From NCBI GenBank assembly GCA_030141605.1, contig JAQGDQ010000146.1, positions 1 through 64,000 of the forward strand: a stretch of 64,000 nt of DNA. Reading direction: 5' to 3'. The notes beneath the pieces are model-generated. The model did no database searches, was not told the origin of the DNA, and saw only the letters and a list, made by a program, of their open reading frames with translations. Of the stretch, positions 1-13,200 are shown in pieces; position 1 is the stretch's first letter; the number at the start of each line of letters is the position of its first letter. The stretch comes from Tubiluchus corallicola. Taxonomy: Eukaryota; Animalia; Priapulida. A program made the position numbers and the translations under genes.

Positions 1-535
1 AACTTTCAATAAACTTGCCATTCCCAATATTTGACAGGACATTCTGTACTACAAGAACAAACAAGAATATGATAACACTAATCCAAAAGTAACTTCACGA
101 AAAAAGCAGGGCCAGCACACTGTTACATGCACAATAAGCTGTCAGATTGGAATAATGTAACACTTAGCTTGTTGAAGGATGATGTAAACATTTCTGAATG
201 GAGCTAAGATGCTTCCGTCGATTCAATGAAGTTCATCCTTGATACTACGAGCTAGATTCCACTTTTGCTACAATCATCACTATTGAGCGGGAAGTGTGGC
301 TGATGCCACCGAGTTGCTGGATCCTGACTGGCACAGTATCAAACTGTATATGCAATGCCCCAATAACTTTAATCACTGTATAGCAATTCCTTAACAGAAA
401 GTCTGGAATTTTTTCTATCATATGCCTGTCATGTGCGATTCAAGACAAACAAAGAAATCATCCATATCAATAATGTAATAATTAACTAAGCAGGCCAATT
501 AATGAATAAATTTTCATCGCAGTTTACCAACTCAC

Positions 536-650
536 CATGCAGTCTATCAAACTCAGTACTCCGCACAGAGTTAATGGCCTTATTATGATCCCAAAATGTG
601 CTGTTGTCAAGGAATTCCATAAAATTCCCCTCTTTCGTGCTTTCCTGCAT
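536..650 (-). CDS. Probable first coding exon of molybdenum cofactor sulfurase (MOCOS/ABA3-like); the rest would lie left of the window
   Basis: ATG at 650 gives MQESTKEGNFMEFLDNSTFWDHNKAINSVRSTEFDRLH, followed by a phase-1 GTGAG donor at 535. Resembles the MOCOS N-terminal 'R-x-x-EF-x-RL' segment that precedes YLDHAG. No downstream exon found in 1-535. Confidence 0.4.
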
Positions 651-2127
651 CTTGTGAAGTATCTCAATTCAAACTTCTTAAAGTTTATCAATAAAATTTT
701 GCCATTCTAAAATTCAAAAAATAAGTAATGCAACTGTGACTGTCACTTATGATATTACCAATGCGGATTACCCTATAGGTCGCAGCCTAGATCTCCTGAA
801 GGCTTGGGGGTGCTCAAGCTTTGGTAACATTTTGGTAAAAAAACTGATTTTCACTATGTTTGTGTCGAAATATGTGCTAATTTGGTTTGCAATAATCAAT
901 AGTAAAATACTGGTATTTCTTAAAGTTACTCTAGTTTATTTAAAGAATTTGCAATTAGTTTACTTCAAATTACGTAAATGTCGCTAAAATATATCACGAG
1001 TAAAAAATATTCAAGACGGATGCGGGCGTCATTGGCTCATTATCCGACAGGCCTCAAAAGGTCATAATTAGAATAACAAAAATAATAAATGTTATTCTGA
1101 TTCCACATTACATTACAATAAATATATTTAATACATACTAAAAAATCACCGAAACTAAGTTTTTTTTAGGTTGGGTCTATTTATTGAAAAATATTGTATA
1201 TTCATCTCACTATTCGAAACAGTAAACAAATAAATGTAGTTTACAAACAGTAAGTCAGCTGCATTAACAGCTTTGTTTGGATGATTCTACAACTCGATTC
1301 TCTCTCTAATGTTGTTCAAAATGCTGCTGATACTATCAACATCATAGTTGAGAGACAACACACTAGCAGCCATGGTTCCATTCGAATGACTCGTCAATAA
1401 ATAATAATTCTCGCGAGTAAGATAATGTAAATCGAATAAGCTTAGGGAATGACATATGCAGCCCTGCAGCAAAGCACATGTTTCTTAATAATGATTCTTG
1501 TGAAAATGATGTAAATTTCTAAAATGATGTAAATTGTACAATTCTAATTTAATTCCGTTTGTGTGCAGGGCTGTTTGCGACTTATACTTATATATTGACC
1601 TTTTGGCAAACACTGGTTGAATTATAATAAATTGTACAACAATATCATTAATATGTTTTAGATGTGGTGCATAGTACACGCACGCACATCATTTTAAGGA
1701 TTTAATTACATTACACCGAGCAATGTAAAATGTTCAATAATTTTTTTGCATTTTCTATCAGAAAATAAAATTAATCACATACTTTAAATGTGTCATTTTT
1801 TATTAATTTCAAGCAATAAAGACTAATATTCAAAACTATATACTGAAGTTATGACACATCAAATTATAAATCCACTAGTCATGCACAAACAGTACTTTAC
1901 ACTTTCAAGTTGTAAAAAGTCTCTCTAAGTAATTTGTTGATGAGAAAAGCTTTCATTCTCAGACAATTGAAAAATGCGCAATATCTACAAACCCATAAAT
2001 ATGTAATAATTTATATGATTTCCACAGATAGTACTGGTCAGTATTAAATGTCTTCACTTACAGTATCATGCAATGTTGACAGAACTTAGCTTATATAATA
2101 CACTGTTCAAACGCGTTATTGCATTCG

Positions 2128-3033
2128 CTAAAGATGGTTTACAGGACGTAAATGTCTTTCACGAAAATATCGATGTGGAGTGGGAATAGCCCTCTCTTTC
2201 TTGCACCGGAAGAAAGCGGAGAGAGTTGGCGTACCTGTTGGAGGTTTCTTTTCTTGTTCTTCATCATCATCCTCCCAATATACTGACACACAATTATCTT
2301 GTATTATTTTCGCAGCTGTTGCCCAACTAAATCGCACAAACTGAGGATAACCAAACACAGGATCAGTATTTTTCAAATATTCCCTCGTCACTGGCTCAGA
2401 TGGATAACCTGTACCATAGTTTACTTCACCTGAAAGTTTTTCAGGAAAAATCCATTCTGTTACAGCCTTATCTCTTGCTACCTTTGCACAAATACTAGCT
2501 GCACTGACAATCGGATATAATGAATCTGCTTTTTTAGCAACAACAATTTTCAGCTGTGGAAATATTGCTTCCAGCTTGCTCTGATACTTTTCTGCTATAC
2601 CCACGGTGTCCACATAAACTTCTGTTACATTAATGCCCTGATCCAGTGCACGTTTCACAAGCCGCACAGCTGAATCATGAGACAAGCTGTTCAAGTTATA
2701 TTTACTCCGTCTTAGCATTGAGTTAGATATGTAAGAGGGAGGAAGTATTTCAACCATCCATCCTAACCACTCACTTTGATTGTCAAGTTTCTTAAATAAC
2801 TGCTCCCTTTGTTCAGCTGTTAGTGTCTTCGAATCTGCGACACCGATTTCTTTGATCTTTTCCTGGACAGACAATGGTGCAAAGCAAATTCCATAAACCA
2901 TTGGTCCCAATACAGGCCCTCTCCCTGCCTCATCTATCCCAAGCAAACATGGCACATCCTTTACGATCTGAGGAATTGTGGACTGCAAGATGCATACTTC
3001 TGTGTTGTTTTGACTAAATTCGTCAATGTTCAT
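2128..3033 (-). CDS. RNASEH2A: Ribonuclease H2 subunit A (catalytic), intronless CDS
   Basis: 301 aa with GIDEAGRGPVLGPMVY, DSK, VYVDTVG, KADSLYPIVSAASICAKVARD and GTGYP motifs, plus a eukaryotic C-terminal tail. Confidence 0.95.
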   Translation of the reverse strand: MNIDEFSQNNTEVCILQSTIPQIVKDVPCLLGIDEAGRGPVLGPMVYGICFAPLSVQEKIKEIGVADSKTLTAEQREQLFKKLDNQSEWLGWMVEILPPSYISNSMLRRSKYNLNSLSHDSAVRLVKRALDQGINVTEVYVDTVGIAEKYQSKLEAIFPQLKIVVAKKADSLYPIVSAASICAKVARDKAVTEWIFPEKLSGEVNYGTGYPSEPVTREYLKNTDPVFGYPQFVRFSWATAAKIIQDNCVSVYWEDDDEEQEKKPPTGTPTLSAFFRCKKERAIPTPHRYFRERHLRPVNHL

Positions 3034-6000
3034 TGTCGTAGAGTTGGTTTTGTCTCGGCTTTGACGGATTAGCTACAGATATAACAACCATTACTTAACA
3101 TCAGTTACTGTGTAAAATCAAAACACAAATTAACTAGTTAACTGATTTATAAAACTTTCCTCCCACAAAAACAGTAGATACAACAGCAAATGTGCATTAT
3201 GTTAAACCAGAAACCAACCAATTGGAAAAAAACCAAAAAAATTACACCCTGACAATATTATTATAACTTTCTCATTTTAGCAAAACTTTTACAACACTCT
3301 GAATACCACCACACAGCTTTGTTGGTTGGCAGCATGATGATAATTAACACGCTTAATGTAAATTGTCACCCTTATCTACAGTGGCAGTGAAACATTGTTT
3401 TGTCTTAACAGTTTTGCTACAGCTGAAATTAAACCCTAAAGTTTAGTACTCCTTTGCAGGCTTTATTTAAGTACACTTTTTTTTGAATGTGTCAAACACT
3501 GTCTTTGAAAATACATGTACTCCAACATTTATCAACATCCCCATGTTGAAACAAAAGGATGACAGGAGGGACAGACGTCATTATAGCAGAAATGGCTTCA
3601 AAATTTGCTTTAAATAAATAACTGATTGCATGCTTGCATGATACTTTGTACTGTTTGCCATGTAATAACAGCATTATCAAATGTGACAAATTCTTCTCTA
3701 ACATTAAGATGTCTGAATGTGCATCCAAATAAATGATTTGGATCTTCCTGTTTGGTTATTTGACAAATTAGCCTAAATTATAAAGTCTTATTTTAGAAAC
3801 ACTTGCAAAAGCAGAGTAGCGTTCATTGTTTTAACCACTATTAAAAAAAAATTTAAACCTTCCCAATGCTTTATGCAAGCCAAGTAAAACAATTCATTGC
3901 AATTGCCTAATCTTGTTTCAAAGTCGGAACTGGAAAAATGGATCCAGATCATCTGGTGGTGTATTAAGAAATCTTAGCATCACCCTTCAAAGTGAGCCGC
4001 TATGAACTGGACTAATTAAGATCACTGCACAAAATAAAGTTACTTAAGTTAGATAATCTTGCTTGAAGCCACCATTATCACATACAAGTTTAAATAAATG
4101 AATATCATTTTCAATTAAAGAGTTCAATGGCCTGTAAACTACTCTAAGTTTAAGATACATTTTGTAGTCTAGATATAAAGTCATAGTAATTGAGTAGTGG
4201 CGGCAGTGTATAGGTACGGTGGAACTGCAGCACCCCCTATTTTCACTCAATATTATCGATAATATTTAATATAATAAGTCTTTTTTTAGTTCTATCTTTA
4301 CACTTGCACGGAACCAGAGCACGTGAGGGTAGTACTGTTTGCTTCACAGCTCAAGGAACGTGGTGTTTGGCTATTGCGCACATGCACCCATGCACACGTG
4401 TTTGAGATAAGACATTGTACGTTGCACTGCTAGTGCCTTTGCTAGGTAAAGAAAGTACTGTTGCTCACATGGTTTGTTGTCAGTTGTCACATGCTTACCG
4501 TGGATCATCATATTCTTGGATGTGACAAAATGTCGAAGTAGATTTAGGCTATTAGAATTAGAACTGCGACAATTTATGCTATTCGTAAGCAAAAAAATAT
4601 TTTTTGTTTATTGGGATTTTATCAAGTTTATGCATAAATTTTCGTATGTTTGTTTGTTTGAAATTACAATTAGAATTATTACAACATTAAAATTACGTGT
4701 TTGTTTCGTTTTACAGTAATAAAAGAATGGCTAAAAATTATTTGAAGCAGCACACTCGCTAATTTTAGCCAGAGCCACCAGTGTAACTGAGATTAAAATG
4801 ATTGTCATCAAGAGTCTAGTCCCCATGACGTGCGACTCTTTTTCGTAACTTGCAAGCTTTACTCTGTTTAAAATAATAATTTATTGATATTTGAAATGTA
4901 CTAACATTAAAATGGATAAATGTATTTTATACACATTTAAATCTAACACACAAACAGCACATACACAATGGGCTATTACAGATAAAACTAAAATCAAAAT
5001 ACGCGTATATAAAAATCACTAGAAATCTAGAAAATAAAAAGCATGCTCAATACAGATATGCATGCTTAGTGTATCATCTGCTAGTTAGCATGCTTCTAAC
5101 ATAACTGAGACATACTACTGATGGTATACCAAAGTTCACCGAACCTTTCAGTGATTACATCACAGGCTTACTGGACCGAATTTTTATACGTAGGTTTTGG
5201 TTAATTAAACTGCTAAGATTAGAAACTTTCAACTGGTTTGAAACGTGAGTGTGAACAGTAAGCCAACGCCACTCGTGTGACGTCGTCAGCCAAACCGAGC
5301 TGGCTTTACTAATCAAACGGTGAGTTTACGGTCTGATATACGATGTGGATACTAGACAAAAACACATCATACTTTTAAAATTCTTCGAGATTAACGCTTG
5401 TTTAATACCCTGGTATATAATACTACGAAATACTCACATAATAATATTGTTACAAAGCTTTCTTAAATCTACAAAACAGCGTAAAGCCTGGCAACGGCTA
5501 CAAGCTTAGAAACTGCAAAAAACCTCAAAACACTAAAACTCTGGGAACTCTTGTTTTTGTATGTGCTCGCTCGACTGCACGTGCCGCCACTTCTCCAGAT
5601 GCAAGTAAGCGATCTGCCACTTATGGATTACTATATTTGATTCGAGACAGTTTATTTATATCTAGACGTACCCTAGCCCCAAGCACTCAGGCAGGTCTTC
5701 TTTCTGTTGCAAACCTTTAAAGATTATGACAATGATGATAATAATGTGATGCACTGCCTTGAAAATAATGTAGAAATTTTTTTCCAGGCAAAAGAAAAAG
5801 TATAGTAGTTGGTCAATACTCATACAAAGTTTTCTTACAATTTACCCTAAACTGAGAAGAGTGTAGCTGACTCGGTCATTTGATGACCAACGATCGCCAC
5901 CCTTTCTCCTGCGCCTCACTAGCAGTTTCTTTAGTGCTTATTTTATCATAATTCCTAATTAATCATTGTGATTATAGTCTATCTTGTATTCTGGTGTAAA

Positions 6001-7242
6001 TGAGTCAGTCTATTTAGCTAAAATAATTTGTTAGTTATTACAGTACCGTAGCTTTATGACAATTGTCACGTAACAATTTCTTACTTGGCTATGCACTGCT
6101 AAAAGCTGAAAAAACTACTTTCAAGTTGTCAGCAAAAGAAATCAGTCTGAGCCAGCTTTTGTGTTACACAATTTACTTTCCTTTGCAACACCTTTCATCA
6201 AAACACATTATCTTGCTTGATTTATTTTACCTATTGTAAATATTTACCAAAGAACTCTCTAACTATTATGCCACAGTTTCCGTCTTAGATTCGAAAAGCA
6301 AAATGCACTAGATCGTGAGTGTTAAGAAATGATAGATTTTCAATTTTATCAATTGGCCAGACTCTGTAGACAATAAACCTAACACAAAACTCCAAAGAAA
6401 TTTTGTCATGCATTATTATTAATTTGTGCCTGTATTTTATTTTATCGAATGCTTAAAACAATAATAACTCTTATAACAGATGTATAAAAAAGGTAAAACA
6501 AAAAGGATACATTAATTCTTGCTGTATGCAATATAACAAAATAAAATAAAGCCTACGACGGCATACTTTCTTATAAAATCTAGCCCCTTATATAATTTAT
6601 AATTATTATTTTAAGAGAAACAGACTTTCAAACAGATCATTAACTGAACAAATATTCACAAAATGTACCTTTCATTAAGTTTAGCAAGATTTCTACATTG
6701 TTTACTTTACGGCACTGGTAATTGGATAATGAATCAACACTATAACATAATATTACAGTTATTCTTAAATAACTTGTACAAAACCACAACACAGAAATCA
6801 GTACAACATAAAGTGGTTTAGCAAAAACATTATTAGGCTCATGAATCACATATCGCTTATGAATCACACATATCTCTTATGAACCTTAGTCATTTCTCAC
6901 AATTCTTACTACAGCCTTGCACTGTAATTCAATATATCATGCAATATTAACTTTTATTACTGACACAAATAAGAACATACTAGAATCTGTAGTAGTTGGA
7001 CAAGTGAAGTGTCCTCTCCCTAAAACCGAATCCTTGCTGAATCCTGGGTTATGCGGGAAACACTGAAGAGGTCTGACCATTGTAGCACAAGGTCAGGCAT
7101 GTAATTTGCTAATTAATACCAAATCAATTCCTGTCTCTACAACTACAGACGAAATGAATGAATGCGTTCACGATAATAACAAATCAGTTTGCTTAACATA
7201 GAAACTTGTAATGCAAAATCTGCTGCTGCAGTAATCACACTG

Positions 7243-10200
7243 CTAATCCACTAAAAGTTGCTCATCAAAATTTTCCATTTCTGAACAGTCCAACAACTCG
7301 CTATCACTGGACGCTGAGCATGAAGTTCGGAATTCAGCATGTGCCATTTCTAGCCAACTCTGGAAGTAAAAAAGATAACATATGTATAAAAAGACAATAA
7401 CGTGTGTAATTGTGCTTTACTTTCAGGTGCACATTTAATTATACAACCACCAATGAGCTTCAAAGTCAGTCTAGTCTGTGAAATTTAATGATACTTTTCT
7501 CACTAAAATCAATCTTTGAGCCATATGTTTGGGCAGAAAGCACTCGATTTGAAGATGAAACCTGTTAAGGAGAAAACAAAAGTAAAATATGTCAAGTATT
7601 ATTCACGTACATGATTGTTTAGCTAAGATATAATGCAAAACATTCAGACAGATGCTCATATGCACAGACGTCTCAGTTATATCCCTCGGTTGACACTTTT
7701 TTATTCAGAAGGTAAAAAAACGTTACATACAAAGCTGAGTATTTTTTTCGAAATTGCAGTCTATATTATTAGCTGGTGCTAGCTTTCAATCATAAGTTTA
7801 ATGCATTTTTATAGCAGGTCTAATATAAAATATGTATTTTTAAAAGTTTAAGAAAACTGTGGCAGAAACTCTGACAGTATTATTAAAAATGCCACAAAAA
7901 ATGTGGCACAAAATCATTTAGGAAAGCAGTATTGCGAAAGAATGTGCCGGCAACTGTTATCAAATGTACAAGAACGGTTATAGGACAAAATGTGTGACTG
8001 TCCTTAGCAATTTAGTTATACCTGAACATCATCTCTGTACATGTGCATATATAAATCATGCTTTGTTTTCATCCGCTCCCCAATGTAAACAGAAGAGTCC
8101 TGCTGAAAGAAAACCATTATTACTGTTTTAGCTCACAGGAAAAAAATAAAATACACACCAATGAATCTCATTAAATATAACTTAAACTGCAAATTTTTAG
8201 ATGCCTGACACTTAAATGGCTACATTAAGTGCCATACCAGTTTAACAAAATGCATTAACATAGTTGTCATTCAGTAATTGGGTATCTTTAATAAATGCAG
8301 TTAGAGTTGTCATCCAGTAATTAGGTATCTTTAACACATGCAGTTAGACATATAGCATTCAATGAGTATTGACAATACAAAACAAACAGAAGATTTCAAC
8401 AGTTTAAAAATAATATTTAACACTAATTTCGTAAACGTAAACAATAGTTATGCTTATTTTAATGTTAAATTTCAGTAAACAAATTTTTGTACCACGTTTT
8501 TTTAAAAAAATCACTATAATATTAACTGATGCTTTACCAAGTGAGGTCCAAACAGGTGCAATTACATTTCTAGTTGTCATTCAGTAATTGGGTATCTTTA
8601 ATAAATGCAGTTAGAGTTGTCATCCAGTAATTAGGTATCTTTAACACATGCAGTTAGACATATAGCATTCAATGAGTATTGACAATACAAAACAAACAGA
8701 AGATTTCAACAGTTTAAAAATAATATTTAACACTAATTTCGTAAACGTAAACAATAGTTATGCTTATTTTAATGTTAAATTTCAGTAAACAAATTTTTGT
8801 ACCACGTTTTTTTAAAAAAATCACTATAATATTAACTGATGCTTTACCAAGTGAGGTCCAAACAGGTGCAATTACATTTCTTCAGCAAAAATAAATCCAC
8901 AAAGGCCTACAGCAAGAAAAGACAGGTAAGAAAAGCAAACACAGTTAAACTCAAGCTAGTAGTTTGTAAGTGTTTTAGAGCAGCACATAGAAAATAACTA
9001 GAAGGCTTAGGAGTCTAAGTTAAGCAATACTCAAAATGCACAATAATGCAAGCTTTAGAAGGCTAGCAGCTTTTCAATATAGTACTAATATTATCAGAAA
9101 GATTGCATGATTTCAAAACAAGCACATTTATTGTCACTTTTTTTGGAAACCAATTCACTCTGCATTTATGTATCTAGCAGTCTGAAAATTAAATAAAGTT
9201 TGAAAAATGGAACAAATAAAGTAGTAAACAAAACAATGTGAAAACAAAAAATTTCTAATTTTAGTCGAATCTCGATAATCTGATTCAGCTTCGATCAAAT
9301 CTCCTGCAACTTCACAGAACCTCTAGCCAAGCTTACAACAAATCCTACATGATCACTTTCAGTTATTACAAAAACTCGCTAGTACAAAAATACACACGGT
9401 ATAGTTTTTCCTGAAATGGTCTTCAACATATTTGCTCCTAAGCTAACACTAACAGTAGAATTTTTTGCCAGCACCTAGATTACAAAGTACAATCTGACTA
9501 GAAATTCACCTGGCCTGACTGATACTGTTGACTTAAATGCATGGTAATAAATCTCTGCAATTAAACACGTCTGAAATCAGAAATTAGCTGGTGAGTTTAT
9601 GGAGACTCAAATGGAGCATTTTCCAATTGTTGACTCAAGAACAATCAGTGAAAGCTCAACATGCAAGCCGCTAATACATTCATATCTTCTGGACGGTTGT
9701 TATTCAGTAATAACACGTAAAGAGTGTAAAAAATAATGTTTGTCGGCAACGATGAATAAAAAAATTACTTCCAAACAAACGTAATTTCATTTAATCTCTT
9801 TGGTTTCAAACAATACATAAATGTTCTTATTAACTATTTGCAATTCACTAACTGTAAATGATTCAACAACTGATGAATGATGATTTTACAATAAAACTAT
9901 TATGTGGAAATGTAGATTTTATTATGTACATACACGAGTACATATCAGTGGCTTAACAGCATTTGTGCTTATCACGGAAAAATGTTAAAGATAGATGGGG
10001 CTCTACTCACTCTACCATGACAAACAATACCCAAAGTGTGATGGATAGTTCAAAACACGCCTTAAAATGGAAAAACATGTGTTCCACAAAATTTGTATTA
10101 CCGAGATTCGCTTGTAAAAGATATTCACTAGCCATGCACAAAGAATTAGTAAATTACAAAATACGGAAGAACCAAGTTAGTTATAAATTGTGCACACACA

Positions 10201-13200
10201 CTAGAAGGAGAAAAAACTACCATGTTTAGTTGCTTATATAATGTCACCTGCTCTTGAAAGCCCGAATAGATTGGTGTTAAGTGAATAATAGAGCGTGTTC
10301 GACTATAACAAAGCTCCAGTTCTGATAAAGTCAATATGGTTTCTTGTTTAACCTTGTATTCTAAAAAATATAGTTACAAGTGATGATATGATAGTGGGGG
10401 TGTAAATATCATAGAGTTCTACATTAATTTAAAAAAAAATAATTTGGAACTTCCTTCCAGTTAATTACATTATTGCTTTTTTATAGATCTATTTTATGCG
10501 GTCAGTAGTTAACCAGTCTAGCAGCAGTAGTTAATTTATGGGAACAAAATGTATATTTTATTCTCCTAAATATCCTAAATCACACAGGCTTTGGAGCAAC
10601 ATATCTTGCCCTGTATGTTTAAGTAAAGACATAGCCCCCACTATAGACATATGAAAAGTGGAGAGAATTAAAGCTGCGCACAAAGGATGCATGGCTTCAT
10701 TATAATGGAGAAGTGCATCAGAAAGAGTATATCCAAACTCCATTTTAACAAGGTTTCTTTTACGTTGATGCATAGAAATCAGACCATAATCACACAGCCG
10801 TTTTAAATGTGAATGACTACAAAGTAAGTCCTCAACGAACACTTCCCTTTGGCAATGATTCATTTAATGTCGATGAATTCTGGCACCTTTTCTCATATAA
10901 CAACAAACGTTCCACTTCAACGACAAATTTTTATCTTTAGCTTAAGCTGTGAAATTTTGCTTGTTACCTTGGTGCTCTACAGAAAAGTTATTTCTATTTT
11001 GTGTCATACTGATTAACGTATCTTGCCAAAGTGACACTCTTCTAAGGGTATGTTTTACTGATGACACTGGCGTGCCTATTGATAACTTAGTGATACTATA
11101 TTGAGGCCTATCTTCTATACACCAACAACAGTTTTTCTCGGTCAAACTATACAAAAAACATGAATTCTTAACATTTGAATTTGCCACTGCCTTTACCTTC
11201 AAAATGATCAACTCCCACTGTTCGTCGGCACTGGATGCGAAAGAGAAATGCTTCCAATATAAATGCAACAACAATTGTCATTACCACCATTGTTGCCAGA
11301 TAGAAAATCATGAAGTATATACGACTCCACATAGAATATGTAAATGCATGACCCTCCTGGATTAGTAAAGAAAGTGTTAATGGGTAACAATGACTAATAT
11401 AAAGAGTTGCATATTTTATGGGAACAAAGCTTTAATAGATTTGGCATTCAAACTACGAGCATAAATATTAATTTGACTGATGGATGCACGGATGAAAGTT
11501 CAGCTTTTCTTTATTAAATTAAATTCTATATTTCAACAAGAAAACAGACATTTAGAAGCCCACACTAGACTCCTTCTTCAGTGTTGTAACAAGACTTTAA
11601 AACAGATTAACAAACAAACAAACAAATTGCAAGAAAAAACTTCTTAATTTTAGGACATGAAATAATATGTATTCTAATTATAAAAAATTGCTTTGAACAC
11701 TAATAACTGTTTAGTATTAAAACATCTACAAACTAGTGATATTAGATATCGGATACCCAATATTTAGCAAAATTCCGATATTTCCCGAAATATATCGATA
11801 TGTGCTTAAATATTAGCCGATTTTCATCTGTTTAAACATTCAACAGTTACAGTGCTTCTCAGAAAAGCATGGTCATTGTAGCGCATGTACCTATGTTGGG
11901 TTGGTGCACATGTATTAGACACTATAGGTTCAACCACACATCTCTACATTATGATATATCCAGGTATGCAACTAGAGTGCTCGGGTTTAAACTTATTAAA
12001 GCTTCAGACTACCTCAGCTTGCTGCGACTAATTGTTGAATACTCATTAGCTGATTAGCTGCAGCTGCCAGCTTATGAGTCATGCTGTAGATGAGGGCTAC
12101 ATTTAACTCATGTATAGCTGCTTGGGATTAATTATTAATGATTTCTCGCTGGAGTGTTTTAATTTTAATAAAGCACGAGTGATAACCCTTTCTTCTTTCT
12201 TCATGCAAAATGATATACCAGTTTGAAGTGTACAATTTATGGTGTTGCCAATTTTAGTAAATTCAATTGGAATTGGAAATGAAAAAAAAGAGTTTGTATA
12301 TTTGAATGATGTTAATTATGTTGACCATTTCAATTTAGCAAAACTTTAAGCTCCGTGTTAAACTACCAAATTTCATTGTGTTTTAGTTAAGTTTACTTTT
12401 CCTAAACAGCATGTTGCAATTACGGTTAACATTACTGATATGAAAATCATAATTATTCATCGTAATTTTTAATAAATAGTCTTATATGCAAGCAATATTC
12501 GAGCTCCAAATCATATTAGTGTACAGGGAACTTTTTTTTGCAATATTGGATCGCATCATATCGATGACCAAGGTTATTAGTATTACATCGGCTGGGAAAA
12601 ACAATACCGAACAATACTTCTACAAACTGCTACTACTAGAAAATCACAAAAACAATAATCAATAATTATCAAACCTACCAAACCTCTGTATCTACCTAAT
12701 TAAAAAAAACAATTTGTATACTCACCATGATTATAAACCAATTATTTACAATTGTCAGCTCAAACAAAGTTACTGAAAACAAAAATAGCATCTCATCAGA
12801 CTGTTTAACACATTAAGAAAATTGTCAAACACAAGTATAAACAACTGAAAATCACTAAGTGATTTTGCATAGACTAAAGAAGTAAAATCAACATTATAAG
12901 AATAGTCTTGGTCACGGATATTAACTTTAAAGTATAATTGAAATACCTCCGCTCATGAGAATGTTATCAAACGTGTTTAGGTAGTAATAATAGATGCTGT
13001 CATTTGCAGTTGTGTAAAAAGCTTCTACCGGAGTACCCCTATAAAACAAAACATACGTGTTGCTAGTTAGAGAAAATTAAGGAGAAAAATTAGCAAATTT
13101 TGAAATGTGCTCAAAAAATTTCCAATAAAAATTTATTAAAGAGCAGTATTTTACCTTGTTTATAAGACTCAAGTTAACAGAAAAGAAAATTCATTGTATT

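Noticed and set aside
4290-4790. Weak inverted similarity suggesting a DNA element
   Set aside because: Termini too degenerate and no TSD identified.
10558-11390. ORFs 10558-10863, 10942-11274 and 11208-11390
   Set aside because: Intronic or wrong-frame overlaps of TPC1 exon 11197-11356.
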